Of a DNA stretch of 64,000 bases, positions 37,590 through 49,900 are shown piece after piece. Made by a program: the position numbers and the translations under genes. Location of the stretch: the NCBI RefSeq assembly GCF_023055435.1, contig NW_025964223.1, positions 36,828,001 through 36,892,000 of the forward strand, given 5' to 3'. Within the stretch, counting starts at the first letter, position 1. Every line of letters begins with the position of its first letter. The DNA comes from Haliotis rufescens. Lineage: Eukaryota. The notes below the pieces were generated by a model. That model was not told where the DNA came from, made no database searches, and worked only from the letters and a program-made list of their open reading frames with translations.

Positions 37590-38380
37590 TAGATCTCACT
37601 CACATAACACACACCTATGATTATAGTCTCGATTACAAGAGGGGGGGGGGGGGGTAAAACTCACCCTGATAACACACACCTATGATATAGTCTCAATAAC
37701 AAGAGGGGGGTCTAGAACTCACTCTGATAACACACACCGATGATATAGTCTCAATTACAAGAGGGGGCTAGAACTCACTCTGATATCACACACCGATGAT
37801 ATAGTCTCATGTACAAGAATGGGGGCTAGAACTCACTCTGATATCACACACCGATGATATAGTCTCATGTACAAGAATGGGGGCTAGAACTCACTCTGAT
37901 ATCACACACCGATGATATAGTCTCATGTACAAGAATGGGGACTAGAACTCACTCTGATATCACACACCGATGCTAAAGTCTCAATTACAAGAGGGGAGTC
38001 TAGAACTCACTCTGATAACACACACCGATGCTAAAGTCTCATGTACAAGAATGGGGGCTAGAACTCACTCTGATAACACACACCGATGATATAGTCTCAA
38101 TTACAAGAATAGGGACTAGAACTCACTCTGATATCACACACCGATGATATAGTCTCAATTACAAGAGGGGCGCTAGAACTCACTCTGATAACACACACCG
38201 ATGATATAGTCTCAATTGCAAGAGGGGGGCTAGAACTCATTCTGATATCACACACCGATGATATAGTCTCAATTACAAGAGGGAGGGGGGATAGAACTCA
38301 TTCTGATATCACACACCGATGATATAGTCTCAATTACAAGAGGGGGGCTAGAACTCACTCTGATATCACAAACCGATGAT
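37590..38380. repeat. 57-58-bp minisatellite, left block
   Basis: Same unit as 42630-44060, split off by the DIRS/mariner insertion. Confidence 0.95.
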
Positions 38381-38603
38381 ATTTGTAGAATTTTCCTATT
38401 CGGAATATTCTATAGAAATACGTTACCACTTGTTATACCAAGGCTGTTGTCTCCCACAACTGCTCTTATAGCAAAATCTACCACAGAGATCTCAATTACC
38501 TCATGCAGCACGTGCATAGCCACCTCAGCTGCCATGTAACACCCTTCACTCTTGTCTCTAGCGAGAGCAAGTGCTCGGGGGACGGTCGGGGGTGCAGCAG
38601 CCC

Positions 38604-38693
38604 AAGTGGTAACGTATTACTATAGAATATTCCAAATAGGAAAATTCTACAAATTACATTAAGTAATACAGTACCACTGTTATACCAAGGCTG
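38604..38693. other. DIRS copy 2 ICR
   Basis: 38604-38654 is the reverse complement of 38381-38431; the remainder ends in gttataccaaggctg, which also starts the ITR. Confidence 0.88.
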
Positions 38694-39289
38694 ATTACCA
38701 CAGTAGGCCGTGGGGAGACATACAACCCGAACCTGACTGCTCGTGTTCCTTCTGACCAGCGGAAGTAAACAACAAGGCGGAAGCACTCGATGCGCATGCT
38801 CCCAGCTCCCTATAGGAATACCAAAGCACTGACAAGCGCATACCGTAAGGCTCAATCGTCTTTGCCAAACGATTGGTGACTCCAAACGGCCTCACTGGAT
38901 AGGTATTTCATCAGCGCAGCAGAGAACACAGTATCAGTGTGAGCTAAATCTTAGATCAGGTTAAACAGTCGATATTCGGACTGTATATCCCAGAGCAAGC
39001 CTACTTCAAGTATGCATTAGGCGCGACCTAATTCCAGTATTTGTAAGCATGCATTACAAGGTTGGAATACATGACAGACAATTAAATAAATAATTGTCAA
39101 AATACAAATAAGGACAAAACACACAAAAAGCCGCCCTCACCTGTGGTGTGAGTGCGCTGGTTTGCGGGACCCCCACTCCTGTACCCACGGCAGTGGGAAC
39201 ATTGGAGTAGACCCAGATTGACCCCCGTGCAAGGTCTGACGCCTGAGGAGTTCGGAATTGCACTGGGCACACCCCTTAGATGACGGTGC

Positions 39290-40300
39290 ACACCCTCAGC
39301 GTCTTCATCAGAAACCTTTCTGAGGTAATGATTGGCAAAAACCGAGTCAGAACGCAAGTAACAACCTCTCAATATTCTGTGAACAGAGATAATTGGAGTG
39401 TAGGGCAAATGTTGCCGCTAGCGCCCTGATCTCGTGCGGGTTTGACCCCGCAACCGGTAACCCCTGATACCGGTATGCCAGATTGATGACAGAACAAAGC
39501 CATAACGCAATCAAGTTGCGAGTTATGTCAGCAGTGCGATAAGGGTTACACGATATGAACAGACGGTCATGCCCTTGTCTGCGTTCATTCAAGGCCTTAA
39601 GATAATACTTAAGGGCCCTAACCGGACACAGTGATCTGTCCTCAGTATCAGCAGGATGTAAGATTTCCTTGAGTGATCTTACACTGAATTCTCTCTCCGT
39701 TTGGCCAAATTTCTGATTCTTAGCGACGAAGCCCATGAGCAGGCCCAGGCGGACCTCTCCTTCGTCGCCCCTATCGAATCATACTTTAGTGACATCGAGT
39801 GTATGAATCTCAGACACACGTGCCACCGTGGCAAAGGAGAGGAGAAATGCTGTTTTCCAAGTCACATGCCGAAATGAAGCACTACTCAAGGGTTCATACG
39901 GAGCTTCCGTAAGTGATTTCAACACTAAGGAAAGTTCCCAGGCAGGAGCCCGAAGGCGGCCTTTCTTAAGATCTTGCTGTTTGAAACCCTTGATAATACC
40001 CTGAACCACTGTGTCTTTTGAGAAACTGGTACCCATAGGAACGTCCCGTACCGTAGCAACGAAAGAGACATAGTTGGCAATGGAACACCCGGAGAGTTTC
40101 CGGGTCTCTCGTAAGTGAGACATGAAACGAGCAACGTCCTGCACAGATATCTGGCGAATGAATGTGATGTTTACAACACCACTTCGTGAAAATAGCCCAG
40201 CGTGCATTATACACCTTCTGGGTAGAATCACGATGCATACTAACGTATGCCCGAGACTCGAGACGAGAAAAACCTTTACTCCTCAGTCGCTCGGTGACAA
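39290..40300 (-). pseudogene. DIRS tyrosine recombinase, frameshifted
   Basis: KTAFLLSFATVARVSEIH, LCPVRALKYYL, HEIRALAATFA, SVFANHYLR. Confidence 0.9.
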
Positions 40301-40950
40301 CATCCACGCGTGCAGATTGAACTGCCCATCGTTTGGATGAAGTTGACGGGTGTGAGGGTGGATCAGGAGATCCGGTCTCACAGGCAGTGGAAGTGGCGAC
40401 TGTGTGACCTGGGCCAGCAAGTCGGGGTACCACGATCTGTTCGGCCACATGGGCGCGATCAGCAACATTCAACAGCGAACTCCTCGGAGCCGGCTTAGAA
40501 TGAGTGGTATTAACGCCGTCGGCGGGTAAGCCTCCATGCCCGTCCAGTCTAACGCGAGAGCATCATGATCGATGGCCCTCGGGTCCGGGACTGGTGATAC
40601 TAACAACGGGAGTTGATTGTTGAACCTTGTTGCGAACAGGTCGACCATCGGACGACCCAGACGTTCATAGCCACTGAAACACTACTGGATTGAGCATCCA
40701 ATCCGTGGGGCTCGGATCCCGAGGCCTCGACAGAGCGTCTGCCAGTACGTTCTGCACACCGGGAATGTGACGGGCGCGTACCTGGCACGGGACACTGTCC
40801 ACCAGAGCGTAAAACTCGAACGTGAGATCGAGTAGCGGGTGACTGTGGGTTCCCCCAAGTTTGTTCACATAAGACGCTACCGTCGTGTTGTCGGTCGCCA
40901 GCATGAGCCGGGCGTCGACGAGACAATGCTTCCAGTGATTGACGGCTTGG
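40283..40950 (-). pseudogene. DIRS RNase H C-terminal half plus MT-like domain
   Basis: ATDNTTVASYVNKLGGT, HIPGVQNVLADALSR, DLFATRFN, APMWPNRSWY; frameshifted. Confidence 0.88.
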
Positions 40951-40954
40951 ACTT

Positions 40955-42231
40955 CCCCTAGTTCCCCTTCTTCCCGTGAAAGGGCTGCTGATTGCCCTTA
41001 CCGGAGCCCTCAGGGCGGTGCTTCTTCCCGGAAGAAGAAGGACCCGACCCCTTAGACTTGCCGGCCGCAGCATCCTGGGGGGCACTCCCCTTAGGGGCAC
41101 CACCCAGGCGTCTATGCAGGGACCCAACAAGATCGAGTGTGTGCCGAGAGGCCTCGGCAGACGAAGAAGCCTGTTGTTCTTACAGAACCCCAGGGATCTT
41201 GTTATTAAAAAGGGTCCGCGCAGACCAAGGCTGCGAAAGGAGCACTTCCTGGTTGGCAGCGTCCAACCCCGAGGCGGCAAGATACGCATAGCGCCTCAGA
41301 AAATGGCAGGTGCCGGAAATAAAGGCAGAAGCCCTGGCAACGTACTCAAGGGAAGCATTTAAACCAAGCAAGCATTTGTAAATGCACTGGTCTCTGTCTG
41401 TGGGAGAACCTTCGACCAGACTGGTCGCTGCAGCCAAGTACGTGTCTCTGTGAGACATGGCAAGCATGGCGTGCCGAGCGAGGGTGTCCAGCTGCTGCAA
41501 GGTAGCCTGCGTTACCGTAGCAGCCGGTGGGGCACAGACACCCAACCGCTCAACATGGGCCTCCGCGGTAGGACCAGCCTCGGGAAAGGCAAGGTCATGA
41601 ACAGGGAATGAACCCTTTCTCCAAGACGGGGGAGGCAACGGGAGACCTCGACCGGAGGCCACCGCTAATGCTTTCTCCAAGGAAGGCTTGATCCCGCGCA
41701 ACAAGGTTGATGCTGGGAAAGCCTTGTCGGAAGACTCCTCGAATACCTCGGCGGAACCCACAGAGCTGTGGATTCCCTGCGGTACCGGCAGGGGCTTAGG
41801 CATGTCCTCAAAGAGGTCATAAACCATAGCCATGCGGTCCTTAACCGATAGCGGGAGCAACGGTTCGGGTGAAGGACTGCCGCCGTACCGGTGGACCTAG
41901 CGTCCGCACCCGCGGCCACCGAAGAGGCCGGGGACGGAACAGCCAGCGGCCTATCCTGAGATAAGGCCGCCAGCTTGGAGTCCACAAGTTTAGAAAGTAA
42001 TGCTGTGACGGAATCCCTGGACAGCCCAAGGGCCGCCAAGGGATCCGACGCAGCCGTGGAGGTGGTACCCGCAAGGGGACCCAGACCGGACGAACCGGCC
42101 ACCACAGGGGTGGAAACAGACTTCACATACAGCCTGTAGCGCTCGAACACCACAGGCCCCAGACCCTCGCACAGGGTGCACCGGGTGTCCCTGCAAGGAA
42201 CCCTGCACCGTGGGCAACGATCGTTGGGATC
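40955..42231 (-). pseudogene. DIRS gag-like ORF fragments
   Basis: DPNDRCPRCRVPCRDTRCTLCE Cys cluster, ORF 41180-41860, Arg/Gly-rich tail. Confidence 0.72.
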
Positions 42232-42629
42232 AAAGCTAAGCGACGGGGAATGCTCACTAAAGGAGTCCTGTTCCACCAAGACAATGCTCCTGTTCACAAA
42301 TCCGTGGTTGCCATGTCAGAAATCCATGATTGTGGCTTCGAACTCATTGTCCATCCCCCTTATTCACCTGATTTGGCCCCGTCAGACTTCCACCTGTTTC
42401 CCAAAATGAAAAAGGAACTACCCGGTCGCCATTTTCCTAGTAATGATGACGTCATTTCCGCTGTGAATGACTTTTTTAGGGTGGCTGAAGAAAATTTCTT
42501 CTTGACCGGCAGCCAGGCCTTGCAGCATCGCTGGCAAAAGTGTGTAAACCTGGAAGGGGACTATGTGAAAACCATCGACTTGGTACGGGTCTTTCACAGT
42601 TAGGCTTAGAACTTTTCAGCCAGCCCTTG
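42229..42629 (+). mobile_element. Mariner (DD34D) 3' fragment with right TIR
   Basis: KRRGMLTKGVLFHQDNAPVH...HPPYSPDLAPSDFHLF...RWQKCVNLEGDYV, ending agaacttttcagccagcccttg|TA. Confidence 0.92.
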
Positions 42630-44060
42630 TAGTCTCATGTACAAGAATGGGGGCTAGAACTCACTCTGATAACACACACCCATGATATAGTCTCAATTAC
42701 AAGAGGGGGGCTAGAACTCACTCTGATAACACACACCAATGATATAGTCTCAATTACAAGAATGGGGACTAGAACTAACTGATAACACACACCGATGATG
42801 TAGTCTCAATTACAAGAATGGGGGCTAGAACTCACTCTGATAACACACACCGATGATATAGTCTCAATTACAAGTATGGGGGCTAGAACTCACTCTGATA
42901 TCACACACGGATGACATAGTCTCAGTTACAAGTATGGGGGCTAGAACTTACTCTGATATCACACACCGATGCTAAAGTCTCAATTACAAGTATGGGGGCT
43001 AGAACTCACTCTGATATCACACACGGATGCTAAAGTCTCAATTACAAGTATGGGGGCTAGAACTTACTCTGATATCACACACCGATGCTAAAGTCTCAAT
43101 TACAAGTATGGGGGCTAGAACTTACTCTGATATCACACACGGATGCTAAAGTCTCAATTACAAGTATGGGGGCTAGAACTCACTCTGATATCACACACGG
43201 ATGCTAAAGTCTCAATTACAAGTATGGGGGCTAGAACTTACTCTGATATCACACACCGATGCTAAAGTCTCAATTACAAGTATGGGGGCTAGAACTTACT
43301 CTGATATCACACACCGATGCTAAAGTCTCAATTACAAGTATGGGGGCTAGAACTTACTCTGATATCACACACCGATGCTAAAGTCTCAATTACAAGTATG
43401 GGGGCTAGAACTCACTCTGATATCACACACGGATGACATAGTCTCAATTACAAGTATGGGGGCTAGAACTTACTCTGATATCACACACCGATGCTAAAGT
43501 CTCAATTACAAGTATGGGGGCTAGAACTTACTCTGATATCACACACCGATGCTAAAGTCTCAATTACAAGTATGGGGGCTAGAACTCACTCTGATATCAC
43601 ACACGGATGACATAGTCTCAATTACAAGTATGGGGGCTAGAACTTACTCTGATATCACACACCGATGCTAAAGTCTCAATTACAAGTATGGGGGCTAGAA
43701 CTTACTCTGATATCACACACGGATGACATAGTCTCAATTACAAGTATGGGGGCTAGAACTTACTCTGATATCACACACCGATGCTAAAGTCTCAATTACA
43801 AGTATGGGGGCTAGAACTTACTCTGATATCACACACCGATGCTAAAGTCTCAATTACAAGTATGGGGGCTAGAACTTACTCTGATATCACACACCGATGC
43901 TAAAGTCTCAATTACAAGTATGGGGGCTAGAACTTACTCTGATATCACACACGGATGCTAAAGTCTCAATTACAAGTATGGGGGCTAGAACTTACTCTGA
44001 TATCACACACGGATGCTAAAGTCTCATTAACAGGAGGGGGGGGGGGGGGCTAGAACTCAC
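42630..44060. repeat. 58-bp minisatellite, right block, abutting a splice donor
   Basis: Unit acacaccgatgctaaagtctcaattacaagtatgggggctagaact(c/t)actctgatatc; about 25 copies. Confidence 0.97.
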
Positions 44061-44153
44061 GAGAGATGTGCTACTTGCAACTTCTTCTCCTCTATGGATC
44101 TGTGGAGCAGGTTCTGGTAGGACCTCTGCACCTCCACGAGCTCCTTCAACAGC
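44061..44153 (-). CDS. ASK-family MAP3K exon (C-terminal coiled coil)
   Basis: tgtgcag / gtgagt; (R)LLKELVEVQRSYQNLLHRSIEEKKLQVAHL; phase 2-2. Confidence 0.92.
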
Positions 44154-44242
44154 CTGCACACACAAGACAAGAGTCAGTATCCATCACTAAGTAAGTATCC
44201 AACATATGGCAGTACATGACACTCCTGTACACCTGGACCTAC

Positions 44243-44396
44243 CTGAAGTTCTCCTCCTCCACATGCTCCAGTTCAGACTGCAGTTCCCGACCAGCTGCCT
44301 TCCTGAACGACAACGGTTTGAGTGAGTTGGCAGATGATACCCCGGAGGTGACTACCTCATCCTCCATCTGGTCTCCTGACACTTGACCATCAAACT
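44243..44396 (-). CDS. ASK-family MAP3K exon
   Basis: ttggcag / gtaggt; EFDGQ...VTSGVSSANS...EEENF; phase 1-2. Confidence 0.9.
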
Positions 44397-44409
44397 CTGC
44401 CAATACAAC

Positions 44410-44624
44410 AAAACAACAGATTGTTCAGCATATCCTGCCTGGAGCCAGTATGACAAGTACAGATTGTTCCGCATATCCTACCTGGAGCCAGTATGACAAG
44501 TACAGATTGTTCAGCATATCCTACCTGGAGCCAGTATGACAAGTACAGATTGTTCAGCATATCCTCCCTGGAGCCAGTATGACAAGTACAGATTGTTCCG
44601 CATATCCTACCTGGAGCCAGTATA
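44410..44624. repeat. 43-bp tandem repeat (about 5 copies) including the exon end and donor
   Basis: Unit acagattgttcagcatatcct(a/g/c)cctggagccagtatgacaagt. Confidence 0.95.
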
Positions 44625-44716
44625 ACCAGGGTGGTCTGCACAGCTCCTCGTACCAAGCCATCCAGGGCAAACATCCAGTGGGGCTGAATCTTGTGCGTCT
44701 TCAGACATGTGCTCAC
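44611..44716 (-). CDS. ASK-family MAP3K exon
   Basis: atgcag / gtagga; VSTCLKTHKIQPHWMFALDGLVRGAVQTTLVILAP; phase 0-1. Confidence 0.95.
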
Positions 44717-44910
44717 CTGCATCAACACAATTCATTATCTTCCCATGTTGGTAATGAATGACAACACTATTTTGAGATATGATGCTGTAGTTGTTGACAT
44801 CACACTACAGGCCATGTAAACTATCAACCCGATATTAAACACTTATACTTCTCAAGAGTAGTATATAGAGCCTAGGCCTTGTTGGCCATGTATGACAGAT
44901 TAAAACTCAC

Positions 44911-44990
44911 TGCTTCATGCAAGACATAGAGAGCTAGTTGGATTTCCATCAGTGCTGTCTGGTCAAATGTCAGGCTATCTCTCAGCTCAT
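44911..44990 (-). CDS. ASK-family MAP3K exon
   Basis: ttacag / gtgagt; DELRDSLTFDQTALMEIQLALYVLHEA; phase 1-0. Confidence 0.92.
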
Positions 44991-45126
44991 CTGTAACAGA
45001 AATCACATGCTCCAACACTGTACACAATCACATCATTACCATACCCAACTTCAAGTATAAGAAAAGTAAAACTACACAGTAAAACAGTTAGAAATGAGCA
45101 GCCTGGGTAGAGAGCAAATCACCTAC

Positions 45127-45205
45127 CTAGGGCTGTATTGATAGCTCGCACATTAGGGTCCAATATATGTCCTCGAATACCATTCAACAGGCACTTGAGA
45201 TGATC
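45127..45205 (-). CDS. ASK-family MAP3K exon
   Basis: ttacag / gtaggt; DHLKCLLNGIRGHILDPNVRAINTAL; phase 0-1. Confidence 0.92.
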
Positions 45206-45399
45206 CTGTAACAGAATCATGTTAATGTATGTAATCAGTCCTTGCACCAGTTGTCTTCAGGTTCCTGGTGTGGCTTATATATCAGTAGAACCAGAAGTCT
45301 TGGTATATATCTGTATACCAAGAAGCCTTGGTATGTCCCTGTGTGACTCAGAAACTTTGTTATAAATCTATGTGACTCAAAGTCAGGGTTCATAACTGT

Positions 45400-46240
45400 G
45401 CAGTCAGAGCAATGGTATATACCTGTGTGACTCGGAGTCTTGGGACATACCTGCGAGTTGAAGGCTTGGAATATACCTGTAAGACTTTGACATTTGTTAT
45501 ATGTATGTGCCACTCAGAGTCTTGGGACATACCTGTGTGACTGAGTCTTGGGATATACCTCTGTGACTGAGTCTTGGGATATACCTGTGTGACTGAGTCT
45601 TGGGTTATACCTGTGTGACTGAGTCTTGGGATATACCTGTGTGACTGAGTCTTGGGATATACCTGTGTGACTGAGTCTTGGGATATACCTGTGTGACTGA
45701 GTCTTGGGATATACCTGTGTGACTGAGTCTTGGGATATACCTGTGTGACTCTGAGTCTTGGTATATACCTGTGTGACTCTGAGTCTTGGTATATACCTGT
45801 GTGACTCTGAGTCTTGGGATATACCTGTGTGACTCTGAGTCTTGGTATATACCTGTGTGACTCTGAGTCTTGGTATATACCTGTGTGATTCTAAGTCTTG
45901 GGATATACCTGTGTGACTGAGTCTTGGGATATACCTGTGTGACTGAGTCTTGGGTTATACCTGTGTGACTGAGTCTTGGGATATACCTGTGTGACTGAGT
46001 CTTGGGATATACCTGTGTGACTGAGTCTTGGGATATACGTGTGTGGCTGAGTCTTGGGATATACCTGTGTGACTGAGTCTTGGTATATACCTGTGTGACT
46101 GAGTCTTGGGATATACCTGTGTGACTGAGTCTTGGGATATACCTGTGTGACTCTGAGTCTTGGTATATACCTGTGTGACTCTGAGTCTTGGTATATACCT
46201 GTGTGACTCTGAGTCTTGGGATATATCTGCGACTTGAATC
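45400..46240. repeat. 26/28-bp intronic minisatellite
   Basis: Unit gact(ct)gagtcttgg(g/t)atatacctgtgt with degenerate edges. Confidence 0.95.
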
Positions 46241-46328
46241 CTTGTCCTTGGTACAGATCTGCAGGTACATATCTACAGATTAGAAGCCTTGGAAAATATC
46301 TGAAACTTGATGCCAATCAACTACTTAC

Positions 46329-46394
46329 AGTGGCAAGTTTCGGATTTGACATGGTGGCATCCCTGTGAAGGAGCAACAGCCACTGGTTACAGAT
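46329..46394 (-). CDS. ASK-family MAP3K exon
   Basis: ttacag / gtaagt; ICNQWLLLLHRDATMSNPKLAT; phase 0-0. Confidence 0.9.
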
Positions 46395-46490
46395 CTGTAA
46401 CAGAATAAGACGAACAGGTTATTGGTCACATAGAGTGATGTTGGGTTGTTCATCTTACAGTGATGGACTGTATAATTATGTCACAGAAGC

Positions 46491-46645
46491 GTGAGGGAGA
46501 TTTTCGCAGCTTTTAGCAATATTCCAGCAATATCACAGCAGGGAACACCACAAATGGTTCTCACATTGTACCCATGTCGGGAATCGAACCTGGGTCCTCG
46601 GCCTGACAAGTGAACGCTTTAACCACTAGGCTACCTGACCACCCC
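46491..46645 (-). mobile_element. SINE family A
   Basis: Aligns with 30254-30430 (cattgtacccatgtcgggaatcgaacc...taaccactaggctacc). Confidence 0.9.
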
Positions 46646-46783
46646 TCTCGAAGACGAAGGGGAATAACAGATGATGGGTTGTTCATCTTACAGAATGGGG
46701 TGTACAATCATCTCACAGAAGGGGAAAAACCGATTAACCAATTTTGGGTTGTACAATAATCTTTGTATGCTTTGTATGATAAC

Positions 46784-46955
46784 CTCCTCGGTGTCTTGAA
46801 TGAGTATCTGTACAAGTGTGGAGCGCCTCTCCGAGTCCTTCCTCAGCAAGAAGAAGCCCCCTTCCCTGGAGGTTGAACTGTCATGTGAGCTGTGGTCCAC
46901 GTCGATGTCCGGTGATAGCATCACTGTGCTGGTCGGGGACAAGATGGAGTCCGTA
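46784..46955 (-). CDS. ASK-family MAP3K exon
   Basis: gtttcag / gttatc (weak donor); TDSILSP...GGFFLLRKDSERRSTLVQILIQDTEE; phase 2-0. Confidence 0.9.
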
Positions 46956-46962
46956 CTGAAAC

Positions 46963-49900
46963 AACAACACAATACTAGCCTGGGAGCATAGGCAGGAGAT
47001 ACACACTGGCCACATCACCACAATACTAGCCTGGGAGCCTAGGCAGGAGATACACACTGGCCACATCACCACAATACTAGCCTGAGAACCTGGGCTAGGA
47101 GATACACACTGGCCACATCACCACAATACTAGCCTTGGAACCTAGGCAGGAGGCACACATTGTCCACATCACCACAATACTAGCCTGGGAGCCTAGGCAG
47201 GAGATACACACTGGCCACATCACCACAATACTAGCCTGGGAGCCTAGGCTAGGAGATACACACTGGCCACATCACCACAATACTAGCCTGGGAACCTGGG
47301 CAGGAGATACACACTGGCCACATCACCACAATACTAGCCTGAGAACCTAGGCAGGAGCCACACATTGGCCACATCACCACAATACTAGCCTGAGAACCTA
47401 GGCAGGAGGCATACACTGGCCACATCACCACAATACTAGCCTGAGAACCTAGGCAGGAGGCACACATTGGCCACATCACCACAATACTAGCCTGGGAGCC
47501 TAGGCTAGGAGATACACACTGGCCACATCACAACAATACTAGCCTGAGAACCTAGGCTTGGAGATACACACTGGCCACATCACCACAATACTAGCCTGGG
47601 AACCTAGGCAGGAGATACACACTGGCCACATCACCACAATACTAGCCTGGGAACCTAGGCAGGAGGCACACATTGGCCATATCACAACAATACTAGCCTG
47701 GGAACCTAGGCAGGAGATACACACTGGCCACATCACCACAATACTAGCCTGAGAACCTAGGCAGGAGGCACACATTGGCCACATCACCACAATACTAGCC
47801 TGAGAACCTAGGCAGGAGGCACACATTGGCCACATCACCACAATACTAGCCTGGGAACCTAGGCTAGGAGATACACACTGGCCACATCACCACAATACAA
47901 GCCTGGGAACCTAGGCAGGAGGCACACATTGGCCACATCACCACAATACTAGCCTGAGAACCTAGGCAGGAGGCACGCATTGGCCACATCACCACAATAC
48001 TAGCCTGGGAACCTAGGCAGGAGGCACATATTGGCCACATCACCACAATACTAGCCTGAGAACCTAGGCAGGAGATACACTCTGGCCACATCACCACAAT
48101 ACTAGCTTGAGAACCTAGGCAGGAGATACACATTGGCCACATCACCACAATACTAGCCTGAGAACCTAGGCAGGAGGCACACATTGGCCACATCACCACA
48201 ATACTAGCCTGGGAGCCTAGGCAGGATATACACACTGGCCACATCACCACAATACTAGCCTGGGAGCCTAGGCAGGATATACACACTGGCCACATCACCA
48301 CAATACTAGCCTGAGAACCTAGGCAGGAGGCACACTGGCCACATCACCACAATACTAGCCTGGGAACCTAGGCAGGAGGCACACATTGGCCACATCACAA
48401 CAATACTAGCCTGGGAACCTAGGCAGGAGATACACACTGGTCACATCACCACAATACTAACCTGGGAACCTAGGCAGGAGGCACACATTGGCCACATCAC
48501 CACAATACTAGCCTAAGAACCTAGGCAGGAGGCACACATTGGCCACATCACCACAATACTAGCCTGGGAACCTAGGCTAGGAGATACACACTGGCCACAT
48601 CACCACAATACTAGCCTGAGAACCTAGGCAGGAGGCACACATTGGCCACATCACAACAATACTAGCCTGAGAACCTAGGCTAGGATATACACACTGGCCA
48701 CATCACAACAATACTAGCCTGGAAACCAGGGCAGGAGATACACACTGGCCACATCACAACAATACTAGCCTGGGAACCTAGGCAGGAGATACACACTGGC
48801 CACATCACAACAATACTAGCCTGAGAACCTAGGCTAGGAGATACACACTGGCCACATCACCACAATACTAGCCTGGGAACCTAGGCAGGAGATACACACT
48901 GGCCACATCACAACAATACTAGCCTGGGAACCTAGGCAGGAGGCACACATTGGCCACATCACAACAATACCAGCCTGGGAACCTAGGCAGGAGATACACA
49001 CTGGCCACATCACCACAATACTAGCCTGGGAACCTAGGCAGGAGGCACACATTGGCCACATCACCACAATACTAGCCTGAGAACCTAGGCAGGAGGCACA
49101 CATTGGCCACATCACCACAATACTAGCCTGGGAACCTAGGCTAGGAGATACACACTGGCCACATCACCACAATACTAGCCTGAGAACCTAGGCAGGAGGC
49201 ACACATTGGCCACATCACCACAATACTAGCCTGAGAACCTAGGCTAGGAGATACACACTGGCCACATCACCACAATACTAGCCTGGGAACCTAGGCAGGA
49301 GGCACACATTGGCCACATCACCACAATACTAGCCTGAGAACCTAGGCAGGAGGCACACATTGGCCACATCACAACAATACTAGCCTGAGAACCTAGGCAG
49401 GAGGCACACACTGGCCACATCACCACAATACTAGCCTGAGAACCTAGGCAGGAGGCACACATTGGCCACATCACCACAATACTAGCCTGGGAACCTAGGC
49501 TAGGAGATACACACTGGCCACATCACCACAATACTAGCCTGGGAACCTAGGCAGGAGACACACACTGGCCACATCACCACAATACTAGCCTGGGAGCCTG
49601 GGCTAGGAGATACACTCGCCACATCACCACAATACTAGCCTGGGAACCTAGGCAGGAGATACACACTGGCCACATCACCACAATACTAGCCTGGGAACCT
49701 AGGCAGGAGATACACACTGGCCACATCACCACAATACTAGCCTGGGAGCCTGGGATAAGAGATACACACTGGCCACATCACCACAATACTAGCCTGGGAG
49801 CCTGGGCTAGGAGATACACATTGGCCACATCACAACAATACTAGCCTGGGAGCCTGGGCTAGGAGATACACACTGGCCACATCACCACAATACTAGCCTG

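Larger units (their letters stand above)
38381..42231 (-). mobile_element. DIRS1-like retrotransposon (copy 2), 5'-truncated, RT deleted
   Basis: 3' terminus at 38381, ICR 38604-38693, YR, MT and RNase H fragments, gag with an N-terminal Cys cluster. Confidence 0.92.

Noticed and set aside
41665-42297. 210-aa ORF with its own start codon
   Set aside because: The first about 22 codons are antisense mariner sequence accidentally fused to DIRS gag.
45605-49477. Repetitive ORFs (SHRYIPRL..., MVMWPMCASCLG...)
   Set aside because: Minisatellite translations.
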